Of a stretch of 64,000 nt of DNA, positions 1 through 13,160 are shown piece after piece (positions within the stretch are counted from its first letter, which is position 1; every line of letters begins with the position of its first letter). Source of the DNA: the human T2T-CHM13v2.0 reference genome, Homo sapiens; assembly GCF_009914755.1 (NCBI RefSeq), contig NC_060943.1, one strand, 5' to 3'. The notes under the pieces are model-generated. The model saw only the letters and a program-made list of their open reading frames with translations, was not told the DNA's origin and did no database searches. The position numbers and the translations under genes were made by a program.

Positions 1-187
1 TCAGCCTTCCAAGTAGCTGGGATTACAGGTGTACGCCATCATGCCCAGCTAATTTTTATGTATTTTTAGTAGAGACAGGGTTTCACCATGTTGACCAGGC
101 TGGTCTCAACCTTCTGACCTCAAGTGATCCACCCACCTGTACCTCCCAAAGTGCTGCGATTACAGGCGTGAGCCACCGCGCCCAGCC
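1..187 (-). mobile_element. Alu (AluS-type), cut by the window edge
   Basis: Reverse-complement Alu left arm and linker, ending gagccaccgcgcccagcc. Confidence 0.95.
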
Positions 188-463
188 AACTGTGGTTCTT
201 TACTGTACATGTGGTGACACAGAAAAGGGAAGATGGAGCCTCCATGTTGAACATACCTGGCTTCCAGGTAGCCCTTTTCTATTGGCGCAGTTACCAGCAC
301 TTACCCGTGCAAGCTCCTAGCTTGCTCATTTATGTTTGCAGCTCGATTTTTCAGGCTGCTCTTTGTTGGTTTAGGGGCTGCTTTTTGTTGAAAGGGAACC
401 CTTGCGGAGGACTTGTTTACTCTCACTATCTGCGTAACTAATTTCTTTCCAGCTCCTGTATCA
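188..463 (-). mobile_element. ERV1-type LTR fragment, family uncertain
   Basis: Minus strand starts TGATACAGGAGCTGGAAAGAAATT, which resembles recalled MER4-group LTR 5' ends; cut by the Alu at 187. Confidence 0.55.
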
Positions 464-661
464 GTTTGATTCCATGTCATTTATTGCCATGTCCCTGTAG
501 TACCCACAAGCATTCCTCAGGCTATCCGTGGTAGGCATTCCACACTCCCGGGCTGACTGGGCCTCACTGCTGAGCCTAAATGAAGCCCTGGGGTGCACCA
601 GCCTCTGCCACGCTGGGGATCCACTGTCCCCCTCTGCACTGTCCCATACCTACAGCCCTAC

Positions 662-1209
662 TGTCAGAGGCGTGTGAACAAGAGCAACTCCATCTTGAAT
701 AGGGGCTGGGTAAAATGAGGCTGAGACCTAATGGGCTGCATTCCCAGATGGTTAAGGCATTTTAAGTCACAGGATGAGATAGGAGGTCGGCACAAAATAC
801 AGGTCATAAAGACTTTGCTGATAAAACAGGTTGCAGTAAAGAAGCCAGCCAAAAGCCACCAAAACCAAGATGGCCATGAGAGTGACCTCTGGTCGTCCTC
901 ACTGCTACACTCCCACCAGCGCCATGACAGTTTACAAATGCCATGGCAACGTCAGGAAGTTACCCTCTATGGTCTAAAAAGGGGAGGCATGAATAATCCA
1001 CCCCTTGTTTAGCATATCATTAAGAAATAACCATAAAAATGGGCAATCAGCATCCCTCAGGGCTGCTCTGCCTATGGAGTGTCATTCTTTTATTCCTTTA
1101 CTTTCTTAATAAACTTGCTTTCACTTTATAGACTTACCCTGAATTCTTTCTTGTGCGAAATCCAAGAACCCTTTCTTGGGTTCTGGATCAGGACCGTTTT
1201 CCTGTAACA
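662..1209 (+). mobile_element. MER41A solo LTR (ERV1)
   Basis: TGTCAGAGGCG...CCTGTAACA termini, 548 bp, internal AATAAA; flanks ctac/ttac fit a degenerate 4-bp TSD; lacks the MER41B GAS-bearing segment. Confidence 0.92.
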
Positions 1210-2053
1210 TTACCACCCTCGGGCTCCAGGTGTGGGACAGTGCAGAGGGGGACAGTGAGAAGCCCAGAGACTGAAGGGGGCGCTGACTCCGCAGGTCACT
1301 CTTAGACCTTAAAGAGTATCTTCTCCCACCCTAGGGAAGGAACATAGGTGAGGGAAGCAGCGAGCTCTGCTCTCTCTAGCCTGGTAAAGGTGTGAGATGT
1401 GAGCTTCTGGAATGCTGGGCAGGAGGAACTGGAGTGAATGATTTGCAGTCATGTTTGCCAGTTGCAGAACCAGGAAAAATGATCCTTTCTTTCCTCGAGT
1501 GCTATCAAGTGAACTGCACCAGCTCCATTAGCGCTGGAAGCATCCATATGAAATTATGGGGCTTATGATGGCTTTGTCTGGGAAACTGTTCATTTCTGAT
1601 CGGAAGTTCTATTACACATGAATTTAATTCTAAACAGTGTTACCAACAGCCCCAAATGATTTACATTTTAAGCAATCTTCTTTCATTATCTCATACCTTG
1701 ACGGGGAGCAAAAGATGGATTTTTATGGGCTTCTATGATGAGAAATGATTAATGCCCCTAAATGGGTGCCTGTCTCTATTCCAGCCATTCTGACAAGGGG
1801 TCCCTTTCCTCAATTCTGCTTCAGTGGGCATATTTGAAAGCTGAGATCAAAGAAACGGCATGGAGAAAGAACATTACAAACTTTTCTTAAGTTGGATCTA
1901 AATAAGGTAAACATTTCCAGTGAGGGCATTGAACACCATTTGGTACCTAACATTGTCTTTCATCCAGAAAGAGAGAGGAAAGAGGGAGAAGGAGAAAGTT
2001 TGTCCACTTATAAAGCCAAAGGCTGTAGTGAAAGCTTGAAAATGTATGAGAAA

Positions 2054-2358
2054 GCCCAGACGCAGCGGCTCACACCTGTAATCCCAGCACTTTGGAAGGC
2101 CTAGGCAGGTGGATTACCTGAGGTCAGGAGATCGAGACCAGCCTGGCCAACATGGTGGAACCCCGTCTGTACTAAAAATACAAAAAATTAGCCAGTTGTG
2201 GTGGCAGGTGCCTGTAATCCCAGCTAGTCAGGAGGCTGAGGCAGGACAGTCGCTTGAACTCGGGAGACGGAGGTTGCAGTGAGTCGAGATCACACCACTG
2301 CACTCCAGCCTGGGCGACGGAGCAAGACTCCATCTCAAAAAAAAAAAAAAAAAGAAAA
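2054..2358 (+). mobile_element. AluS
   Basis: Full dimer with A tail; TSD gaaaatgtatgagaa at 2038-2052 and 2359-2373. Confidence 0.95.
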
Positions 2359-3936
2359 GAAAATGTATGAGAAGCAATTTGAGTTTAATCTTTCAGGGTC
2401 AGGGAGAGAGAGGGCACTACCCTCCAGACAGATGCAAATCTGGAATGTTGCCTCCCATAGTGATGCTGTAACGAGGCACCTCAAAGGTAGGACCAGATGA
2501 GGCATGCCAGCTCTCCCGCCTGCTTTACCTCTGCCTTTGGGATCATTCTTTCCAGGGGGCACCTGGACAACCAGCTCAGAAACACCATGAGGGTAAGGTT
2601 GTTGGATGAACTGCTACAAGGACACTTTTCTGGAAACCTCTGTTCACGCACCAGAATCAGATGGGACATTCCTCAAGAGACAGATTCTCTTCTCCAGTTC
2701 CCTGCAGTGAATTCCTTCCCCTCCTCCCGTCAAAGGAAGGGGCGTCTGTTTGAGGATCGTGGCCTGAGTGAGCCCTTGCCATTGAATGGTTGGCTGAGAG
2801 GCTGAGTCACTGGGAGGAAAACGTGGAGTGAGTTGTGTCTGAGACCTCCCCAGAGAGAGGGGCCACTTTAGACTCCAACCAAATCATAGCCCAAGTTCCC
2901 AGCCCAAAAGGTAACAAAGTAAACAAGATGCAAGAAATTCAGGTGCTCTGATTTTCAAATTGTAGAAAATATGCAAAAACAGCCTCAGAAAAAAATCATC
3001 TTTGCAGCATCAGAAACCCTGCCTTCCTCTAGGATTCTGTGGCTTGGGCGGCCTCAGAGGCACTACCCAAAAATAACCAACCACAAGTCAAGGAACCAGA
3101 AAGCAAATTGAGCTGCAGAACGTGAACGGCCTCCACTCAGAGAAGGGGGGGTCATGTCCTTGAAGCAGGGCCCACGGTTACCCTGAGCCCCCTAGAACAG
3201 TCCTCCCTCCCCCTACAGTTCATGGTATCTTTAGAATCAAGGCTACAAACTGCATGAATAGCGAGTAATTCAATTAACTCTATAGTCTGTGATGAAAAAA
3301 AGGGCCATTTTGCTAGCTCTAGTGGAGCACTAGTTTAACCCTGGTGCTCAGGAAATTCCCAGGCCAGACAGCATATTAAACCAGCTCTTCAACTTAAGAA
3401 CAATTACTGTCATTTATCAGCCTGAATAGCAATAATGCACAAATCGACACCTTTCAGGAGGCAAAAAGCTAGCGAGGTGTAATGATATGCAAAGCCACAG
3501 CACTCTACATTTTGAACTGTCTCCATCCCATCAATACATCTCCTACTACCTACAATTTATCAATACAAATGTGGTACCCAATGAAGGCAAGACCAAGAAG
3601 ATAAATATGAAGAGGGTGGGGGGAAAAAAGGCTCAGGAATGTTTGAATTTTAAAATGATGAAGTACAGATCACATTCTTAAAACATTTTACATGCAATGA
3701 CCCGATCACATCAAGTTCTCTCCTGAAAGAAGAAACAGAATAAGGGGATTTTTCTACCCCAAGGTTGCAGGCAGATGCAGCTCTTCTCTTCCATTTCCCA
3801 GATCATGTCTTTACGTGGAAGTGTGTGATTCTTTAGGTCTCTGATAAAAGTAAATAAAGATATTGCTAATCATAGTGATGAATTTTCATAGAGCCTTTTT
3901 CCTAATTACTTTCACATCTATCTTTTTTTATTTTAA

Positions 3937-4226
<290 letters not shown>

Positions 4227-4239
4227 TTATTTTAATTTT

Positions 4240-4385
4240 ATAATATCTTCAAGAGGTAAGATAAATATTATGATACCCATTTTGAAAGAAGGGGAAACTG
4301 AGACATGCTGTGATTAAGACACTCTCTACATCAGTCAGACACTGGCAGAGCAAGGGCTAGAAACTGGGTCCGGACTCCCAGCCTG
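4240..4385 (-). mobile_element. MIR fragment
   Basis: cccattttgaaagaaggggaaactgag matches the MIR core in reverse complement. Confidence 0.7.
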
Positions 4386-4533
4386 TCCCTCAAAAGTCAC
4401 AGCACATCCAGGGCAAAACAAAGGCTTCCCAGAAGTGCTCATGAGGATGTGCAGGAACTTCAGTACATGTAGCACCAGTGGGAGTAGGAGCCGCGAGGCG
4501 GGGCAGAGCAGAGACAAACAATTTTACATTTCA

Positions 4534-4883
4534 GGCCAGGCCTGGTGGCTCACGCCTGTCATCCCAAGCCTTTGGGAGGCCAAGGAGGGCAGATCACTTG
4601 AGGTCAGGAGTTCAAGACCAGCCTGGCCAACATGGCAAAACCCCATCTGTAGTAAAAATACAAAAATTAGCCGGGAGTGGTGGTACAGCACCTGTAGTCC
4701 CAGCTACTCAGGAGGCTAAGGCAGGAGAGTCGCTTGAACCTGGGAGGCGGAGGTTGCAGTGAGCTGAGATCATGCCACGAACCTGGGAGGTGGAGGTTGC
4801 AGTGAGCTGAGATCATGCCACTGAACTCCAGCCTGGGCCACAGAGCGAGACTCCATCTCAAAAAATAAAACAAAACAAAACAA
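4534..4883 (+). mobile_element. AluS with internal 43-bp tandem duplication
   Basis: TSD aattt(t/c)acatttca at 4520-4533 and 4884-4897; duplicated unit at 4736-4778 and 4779-4821. Confidence 0.95.
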
Positions 4884-5383
4884 AATTTCACATTTCAAAA
4901 ACAGATGAATAGAATTTCAAGTCTGCAGCTCACACAGACTGAGCCCCTACTGTGCACCAGGCGCTGAAGGAGGCAAAGACAATGCCAGCCCAGACCCAGG
5001 CTCTGCTTGTGGTCCTCCCCTCCCACATACCCAGCCCTCCCCAACACACACTGACATTTTGCTTAGCAGCATCATTTAGCTGGATAGAATACATTTACTT
5101 TCTGTGGAGGGAAGCCAAGAAGGGTGGTACCTAAGACAGGAAACATTCCTACAAAGGCAACAGGGACAGGGGGTCCCATGGGAGCTCTTAATGCAAGTCA
5201 GGCAAACAAGGACCTCCTTGTTGAAACTCTGCACCCACTAAACACTGGTGCCTCAAGGAGCCCCGAGGGTTGTTTACCACCGCAGTCATTTTTATCCTTC
5301 ACCTTCCACCCATTTCACAAACCCATCCAGGCCCTCCCAGCCGTTTTATCACAGACGCTCATCATCTCAGTCCAGGAATTTTG

Positions 5384-5705
5384 TTTTTGTTTTTGTTTTG
5401 TTTTGTTTGAGACAGAGTCTCACTCTGTCGCACAGGCTGGAGTGCAGTGGCGCGATCTTGGCTCACTGCAGCCTCCGCCTCCTGGGTTCAAGCGATTATC
5501 CTGCCTCAGGATTCTCTTGCCTCAGCCTCCCGAGCAGCTGGGATTACAGGCATGCGCCACCACACCTGGCTAATTTTGTATTTTTAGTAGAGACCGGGTT
5601 TCACCATGTTGGCCAGGCTGGTCTTGCACTCCTGACCTCAGGTGATCCACCTGCCTCGGCCTCCCAAAGTTCTGGGACTACAGGCATGAGCCACTGTGCC
5701 CTGCC
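5384..5705 (-). mobile_element. AluS with internal 16-bp duplication
   Basis: TSD ctcag(t/c)cc(a/g)ggaattttg at 5366-5383 and 5706-5723; duplicated unit at 5494-5509 and 5510-5525. Confidence 0.95.
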
Positions 5706-5916
5706 CTCAGCCCGGGAATTTTGAAATGGCGTCCAACTCTAGCATGCAAACTCATGCCCTCTCTCTAAGCAATATTTTCAACCTATTTGAAAAGGAAAAT
5801 AGTGATTGGTGGTAAAATGTAAAGGATTTGTTTGCTTCTATGTTTCTTTGGAAGATTAGCTGTTTTTTTTTAAATCCACTTATCTTTATTTCTTAAGGTA
5901 ATACCTACCTAATTTT

Positions 5917-6193
5917 TCTTTTTCTCTTTTTTTTTTAGAGACAGGCTTTAGTGCAGTGGCATGATCTTAGCTCACTGTAGCCTCAAACTCCAGGGCTCAA
6001 GCGAACCTCTCGCCTCAGCCTTCTCAGTAGCTGGGACTACATGTGCATGCCACCATGCCTGGCTAATTTTTTTTACAGACATAAGGCCTCACTATGTTGC
6101 CCAGGCTTGTCTGAAACTCCTAGGCTCAAGCGATCCTCCCACCTTGGCCTCCCAAATTGTTGGGAATACAGGCATGAGCCAGTGCACCTGGCC
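5917..6193 (-). mobile_element. AluJ with small internal deletion
   Basis: J-type gggctcaagcga motifs; TSD cctacctaatttt at 5904-5916 and 6194-6206. Confidence 0.92.
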
Positions 6194-6217
6194 CCTACCT
6201 AATTTTAAATCATATAC

Positions 6218-6218
<1 letters not shown>

Positions 6219-6247
<29 letters not shown>
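6219..6247. repeat. (CA)n microsatellite
   Basis: About 14 perfect CA units. Confidence 0.95.
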
Positions 6248-6249
<2 letters not shown>

Positions 6250-6635
6250 TGAAACAAACATATCTTCTAAAAGCACTGAGATAATCATTTGACGAATGAC
6301 ATCTCATGTCTTAATTTTTCAATGGGTAAAGGAAAGCCCTAAACAAAATTCTTATTTTCTGACATCAAATAAGAATGTGGGTGCATTTCCCTCCCTTTAT
6401 AAGAAATTACACCTTGCTCTTACTATTAAATTAGAATACCCTCTCTTCTTTTCTAAAATTTGGCTGCTGTACAATAAATACATAAATCAAAGAGACATAG
6501 GATCCAGACGCCAATTGGCAGACGGCACTATGAAATAAGCACCAGGACACAGGCATGCGGAAGTGTTACAACCTGTTCCAATCTGCTCCCTGTTCCCCCT
6601 TAAAACAAAAGAGGAAGAGAGTCCAAACCCTCCTA

Positions 6636-6681
6636 CACACACACATACACACACACACACACACGCACACACACATGCACA
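6636..6681. repeat. Interrupted (CA)n microsatellite
   Basis: CA tract with TA/CG/TG interruptions. Confidence 0.9.
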
Positions 6682-7033
6682 GAGCAAAGTTTAGGAGGTT
6701 TAAATAGAGCCTAAGCTGCTAAGAAGAAGAGCCACCCAACTGCTTAGGACCTGGGTTTCTCACTCTTGCCGCTGAGCTGCAATATTTGCCGCATCTTGCC
6801 AAGTGAAGATGGTGTGAACCTGTCATGCAACTGCTGAGAAGTTTGGGAAAGCCTGGGGTTTTGCCAGTATTGTTATCATCCTCGTCCTCATTGCCATCAG
6901 GCCAGAGAAATTTTCCAAGCCCTTGAGCTTGGGGTCTTTCTCAACAGCCATGGGATGGTGGCCATTAGAATTACCTCCAATATTCATGTGACGAAATCCA
7001 TTCAGAGATACAGGGGAGGCAGAGAATAGGTGG

Positions 7034-7500
7034 GTGTAGCAATTAGGACACTTTTGGTTGCAAGCAACAGAAAGTCCAACCTGAAAAGGGTTGAGGCAAA
7101 AGATAAGATATGGGCTCATGTACGTGAAAGATCCAAAGAGTAAAGTGGCTTGGGGCAGGAATCAGTTAGAAACCTACCATTCCCAACCTCTCCTACTCTG
7201 CTTCCTGGGGTAACCTTCTTCCCCAACATAACACTTGGACCAGCGGAAAATGAGTTCAAACCAAAGCTCAGAACTGACACTGATTGGCCCAGACTGCATT
7301 GACTTGGGTCATGTGTCCATGCCCGAGCCAATCACTGCAGCCAGAGGGATGGAATGCATCGACTGGCTTAAACTAGGTCATACGCGCCTCTCTGCAGCAT
7401 GAGGGTAAGATCTTCACCAAAGCATGTGGGCAGGGAGAAGTGATGTGTGAGCCCCAGGCGGCAAAACCAGGAGGACTGGTGTTGGGAGGTCAAATGCAAC
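7034..7500 (-). mobile_element. MaLR LTR (MLT1K/L-like)
   Basis: ttaggacacttttggttgcaagcaacagaaa and ccaatcactgcagccagagggatggaatgc are typical of old MLT1 LTRs. Confidence 0.7.
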
Positions 7501-7994
7501 AAACGCCCACTTCAAGACGCCATCTTTGGTCAGACCAAAAATCTCCAATTCCATTGACCAAGATATCGTACCCAGAGTTCACTCGCAATTTGAGTAGAGA
7601 ATATAGCCGCTTACTTGTGTTGAATGTCCTATACCTTCTACATCTAGGCTGAATATGGCCCCTGCATCACCAAAATCTGATGGATTCACATAAAGGACTC
7701 CTGAAGATAAGTTTTGCACTCACCAGTGTCCGGTATTTTAATATCTGCCATTCTTGAGTTATAAAGCTCAGGCCAGAAGATTAAACAGTCGCTGGTCAAG
7801 AACTAAAGAAATGAGGTGAACTGCAGGACCAGTCACTTGCACTTTATACATTTTTTTAAGTTTAATTAAGATTACAGGTCAGATTAAGTAATGGCTTTCT
7901 ATAAGAGATAGATAAACACAGAGACAGTTGCACCAAGATTGTTTAAAGAAACCACTTAATTTCAACTTCAAGATGTTCTTTTTTTCATCCATTA

Positions 7995-8560
7995 AACTGT
8001 ATTTGTTGAAATATAACATACCTATGGGCAAGTGCACAAGTTGTAAGTGTACACCTCAATTCTTATCCCAACATAAACACATTCAAGTAACTGCTATTGA
8101 GGTCAAGAAATGGAACATTACTGGTGCCCCAGAAACTCCTTTGGAACCCCCTCCTAATCAGTATCCTCCCCTTTCCACCCAAAGATAACTACTGTCCTGA
8201 CTTCTAACAACGTAGATGAATTTTGCCTATTTCTGGAACTTTATATAAATGGAGTTACACAGCGTGTACTCTTATGCCTGGATTCCTTCTTTCAAAAGAA
8301 AGTCACCCAAGTTGTTACATACAGTACAGCTCATTCATTTTTCTGTTTAATAAATCATTACGTGGATATTCTGAAATCTGCATATGCAATCTATTTGGGA
8401 TTATCATTTAGGCTATTGTTGTGAATGTTCTTATGCATATGCAGACATTTCTGTTTCTGTTTCTATGCAGGAGGGGAACTGATGCAGTTTCACCTTTGGT
8501 AAATAAAGGCAAATAGTCTTCTGACGTGTATACACCAATTTATGCCCCTAGCAGCAGTAA
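7995..8560 (-). mobile_element. L1ME 3' end fragment
   Basis: Reverse L1M 3' UTR motifs (aagtgtaca, caagaaatggaacatt, ccccagaaactcc, tatataaatggag). Confidence 0.8.
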
Positions 8561-8659
8561 GACCTTCCTGAACACCATTGCCCACTAGTTACTACTGCCT
8601 TGATCAGTTCAGCTCTGTTCCTAACTATGACCCCACTAAAAGACGCTATGTGTAGAGCT

Positions 8660-8850
8660 CGGGAAGCAGCCAGAGCTCAATTTAAATCCTGGCTTTGCCA
8701 CTTACTAGCTGTGAGTGTTTCTTTGGAGAATTTCACTTAGCCTCAGATTCCTGATCTGTAAAGGGCCTGTAAGCATCATGTTCTTGCAAGAATCAAATTG
8801 TATTTTATAAACCAAAGTGCTTTGCAAACTGTTAAACTGAATACCCATGT
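8660..8850 (+). mobile_element. MIR
   Basis: aaatcctggctttgccacttactagctgtg and cctcagattcctgatctgtaaa. Confidence 0.75.
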
Positions 8851-8919
8851 TAGGTATTAGAAGTGGGTCCCTGAGGCCAATATTACAGTCACCAAGTGTT
8901 AAGATAGAATTCTCCCCAC

Positions 8920-9070
8920 AGCATTAGAAAGGTAGACCATAGCAAGTTAGAAAGACCTGGGTTACTATATGACCTTTGAGGAGTCACTCAGTCTCTTTGA
9001 TCCTCAGTTTTTTTATCTGTGAAATTAGGGCAGCAAGGCTTACCTGAGAGGATTGTGAAGATAAAAAGAG
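8920..9070 (+). mobile_element. MIR
   Basis: tgacctttgaggagtcactcagtctct and cctcagttttttatctgtgaaa. Confidence 0.75.
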
Positions 9071-9383
9071 AGAGGGAGAGAAAGGTTGAGAGAAAAAGAG
9101 AGAGAAAGAGAATCTAACTGTTGATTAGGTATCTACAAGTGCTCAAATAACCATGGTCATTATTAGTAAAAGTCTAGAAAATATGGGAGAAAACCTGGTT
9201 CCCTGAATCCTTTTCACTGATACGCTCATCTTTCATGATAAAGGTGGGTTACATGAAAAATTATCAATTGATAAAATTTGGCTTTTCCGTTTTTGTTTTG
9301 TTTTCTGCCTGTTTCACCCATTTAAAGACTCACCATACCCAGGCTTTCTTAAGATCCACCTCCTTAAGAAAAACTTGCTATCA

Positions 9384-9680
9384 AGCCTGGCGTGGTGGCG
9401 CATGCCTGTAGTCTCAGCACCTTGGGAAGCCAAGGCGTGCAGCTCACTTGAGCTCAGGAATTCGAGACAGCCTGGGCAACATGGTGAAACCCTCACTCTA
9501 CGAATATTAAAAAAAAAAAAATAGCTAGGCACAGTGGTGCATGTCTGTAGTCCCAGCTACTCAGGAGGCAGAGGTGGGAGGATCATTTCAGCTCAGGAAA
9601 TCAAGGCTACAGTTAGCCATGATCTGCCCTCAAGCCTGGGCAACAGAGTAAGATCCTGTCTCAAAAAAAAGAGAGAGAAA
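9384..9680 (+). mobile_element. AluJ
   Basis: Diverged dimer; degenerate TSD aaaa(a/g)cttg(c/t)tatc. Confidence 0.92.
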
Positions 9681-9739
9681 AAAAGCTTGTTATCGGGAAA
9701 ATGTGAAATGTCAGCATTCAATAAGTCAATCCCAGAATA

Positions 9740-9885
9740 TCAGAGCTAGAAGATACCTGAAGGCATACAACCCATTCAGTTCATTGTACAGATAGTGAAG
9801 CTGGGGCCAGAAATCTAAAGTAACACCACTGGTTAGTGGCAGAGCCAGAGCTAGGTCCTGACAACCAGCCCAGGGCTCATTCTTT
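9740..9885 (-). mobile_element. MIR fragment
   Basis: cattgtacagatagtgaagctggggcc and gttagtggcagagccagagctag. Confidence 0.65.
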
Positions 9886-10904
9886 AGTAGCTTAATACCA
9901 ACGTTAATCTGTATCTCCAGTGTAAATAAAAGAATTGGTTCTTTCTTAAAGACCTTTCAAGCATTAGAGAAAGAGTTCAATCACATGTAATTGACCCCTA
10001 AATTAAACAGGCCCTGCTAAAATTTAACGCACAGACATAGACAAAAACCATCAGTGTTTATATTTTAAATAATATCTTTCTTTTAAAAAATTGGAGAACT
10101 GCTTCTACCCATGACAGAATAACTGATATGAGACTTGCCTTCCTGCCAAAAATAACTATAAAACTAGACAAACATATGAGGCAACTGTTTTCAGACACTG
10201 AACAACAGACAGTGCATCACTGTAATTTTGAGAAAAGGCATACACATGAGGTGAGCCCCACTGTTCATCTAGCTTTCTGGCTGGAGGCACCTTTCTGTCA
10301 AGGCACAAAGATGGGAAGTCCAAATGGAGCAATAGTTGCACTGAGCTGAGGAGGTGGAGATTGGAGTCCTACTTTGTTGAAATGGCTGGATTTTATGAAG
10401 CAGAATAACAGAGAATAGTGATCTTCACAAAGAACATGGGGCCTTGGCTGCGGGCACAGAAGTGCATGCAGAGTGAGATTCCAGGAAGCCTAGCAGAAGA
10501 CTCCTACTATGGAGCTGTGAATGGTATGGTGATACCAGAGGTCATGCACTGCTAAAAAGCACTGAAATTTTGGCTAAGCCAAGGTAGAGAAAGTTCACTG
10601 AATGCCCCAAGCCTCCAGCTGAGACCTTGAAAAGGCCATGCCTTTGGGTTAAGGACCAAGGCCCTAAGTGAAGGCAATACCGTAAGACTCAGCTCAAAAT
10701 TAAAATATATCTGAACAACAAATTAAGCCAACCCTAACAGAGCAGAAAGAATCTACCAATAATGTTACTGACAGAACAAACATTAAAACTCTTTAAAGAA
10801 AAATATGACATAATTTGGAATCTCCACAGTGCATTATTCACAATGTCCACTATGCAGTCAGAAATTACTAGACATGAAAAGGAGCAACAAAATATGATCC
10901 ATAA

Positions 10905-11202
<298 letters not shown>

Positions 11203-11740
11203 TATAATCCATAATTTTTTAAAAGCATTCAATAGAAAATGACCCCAAGAATACCCTCATGTTGAAACTAGTAGGAAAAGTCTTTCAAACAGCTACATAA
11301 ATATGTGTTCAAGGACTTAAAAGATAACCATAATGAGTGAAGAACAGAGATATAAAAAAAAAAATTTTAAAGAACCAAATGGCAATTCTGAAGCTGAACA
11401 GCACAATGCCTAAAATGAAAGCTCTGCATAAACTTAATATAAAATTAGAGACTACAAATGAAAGTTAATGAACTTAAAGACAAATCAAACCAGAGAACAC
11501 AGAGAAAAATATGGGCGGGTGGGGAATAAACGGAGGCTCAGAGACTTGTGGGGAAAATACAAGCAGTCAAATAGATATGTAATTGGAGTCCCAGGAGGAA
11601 AGGAAAGAAAGAAGATAGGAAAATATGTGAAGGACTAACAACTACATTTATATAAATTTTGTGGTAAGTATGAGTTTATAGAGCCAAGAGGTCAATAAAT
11701 CCCAAAAGACACAAACACCAAGAGGGCTACATCTAGATCA

Positions 11741-12083
<343 letters not shown>

Positions 12084-13004
12084 TTAAAAGCAGCCAATTA
12101 ATAAAGGCTCATAGCTTACAGAAGAACAGTGATATTAATGACAGCTGACTTATCAGATTGGAATTTAGATCTATAAGAAGGAATGAACAACCGTAGAGTG
12201 GTAAATATGTGGGTAAATATAAAAGAATACTTTTCCTCTGTTAATTTTTTAGTAAAACAACTGTCTAATCAAAATTAGTAACACAGTGTCATGGGATTTA
12301 TTAATTATTACTAAAAATATGACATTTTTAGTCATAAATGTACAAAGGATGATTCAGTAAATGAACCAAAGCACAAAGGATGGTTCAGTAAATGAATTTT
12401 TCTATTGTAAGGGTCTTATGCTTTACGTGAGGTGGTACAATATTAACTCAAAATAGACCACGATGAGTTAAGAATACACATCATAATTCCTAGAGCAACC
12501 ACCTAAAAAAAAAAGTTACAAAGAGGTAGAGCTCTTTGTAATAAAATATATAAAAAGATGGATTACAATGAAACCAAAGTACAATAATGCAAAAGTATTC
12601 AGAAAAGGAAGAACAGATAAATGCAAATCAGATGGAATAACTAGAAAATAAATTGTGATATGGTAGACTTGTAGACAGTCAATCACTAAATTAAATACAA
12701 TGGACTAAACTCTCCAGTCAAAAAGCACAGATTGCCAGATAGGATTCAGAAAGCTATATCCAACTATATGCTGTCTACAAGAGACATTTTAAATGAAAAT
12801 AAATAGGTTAAATGTAAAAGGATGGAAAAAAAGACAATAAGCAAACAAAAAAGCTAGTTTGACTATATTAATGTCAGACAGACTTCAGAACACAGAATAT
12901 AAACACAGATAAAGAAGGACTTTTATAGCAATAATGATTTCATAGTGAAAAAGATAATTTATCAGGAAAACATAACAACTCAAAATATGTTACAAACAAA
13001 TGTA

Positions 13005-13160
13005 ACAATAATATATATAGTTATATATTATTATATATAGATATATAACAATATATATTGTTATATATGTTGATATATATATCAACATAAATATCAACAT
13101 GATATATATATCAACATACATATCAACATGATATATATATCAACATGTATAACAATAAAT
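13005..13160. repeat. AT-rich palindromic low-complexity tract inside L1
   Basis: Perfect palindromes at 13041-13068 and 13066-13089, followed by ~29-bp tandem units. Confidence 0.9.

Noticed and set aside
7515-7525. YY1-like CGCCATCTT
   Set aside because: A single short motif at the edge of an old LTR, with a poor CTCF fit and no supporting context
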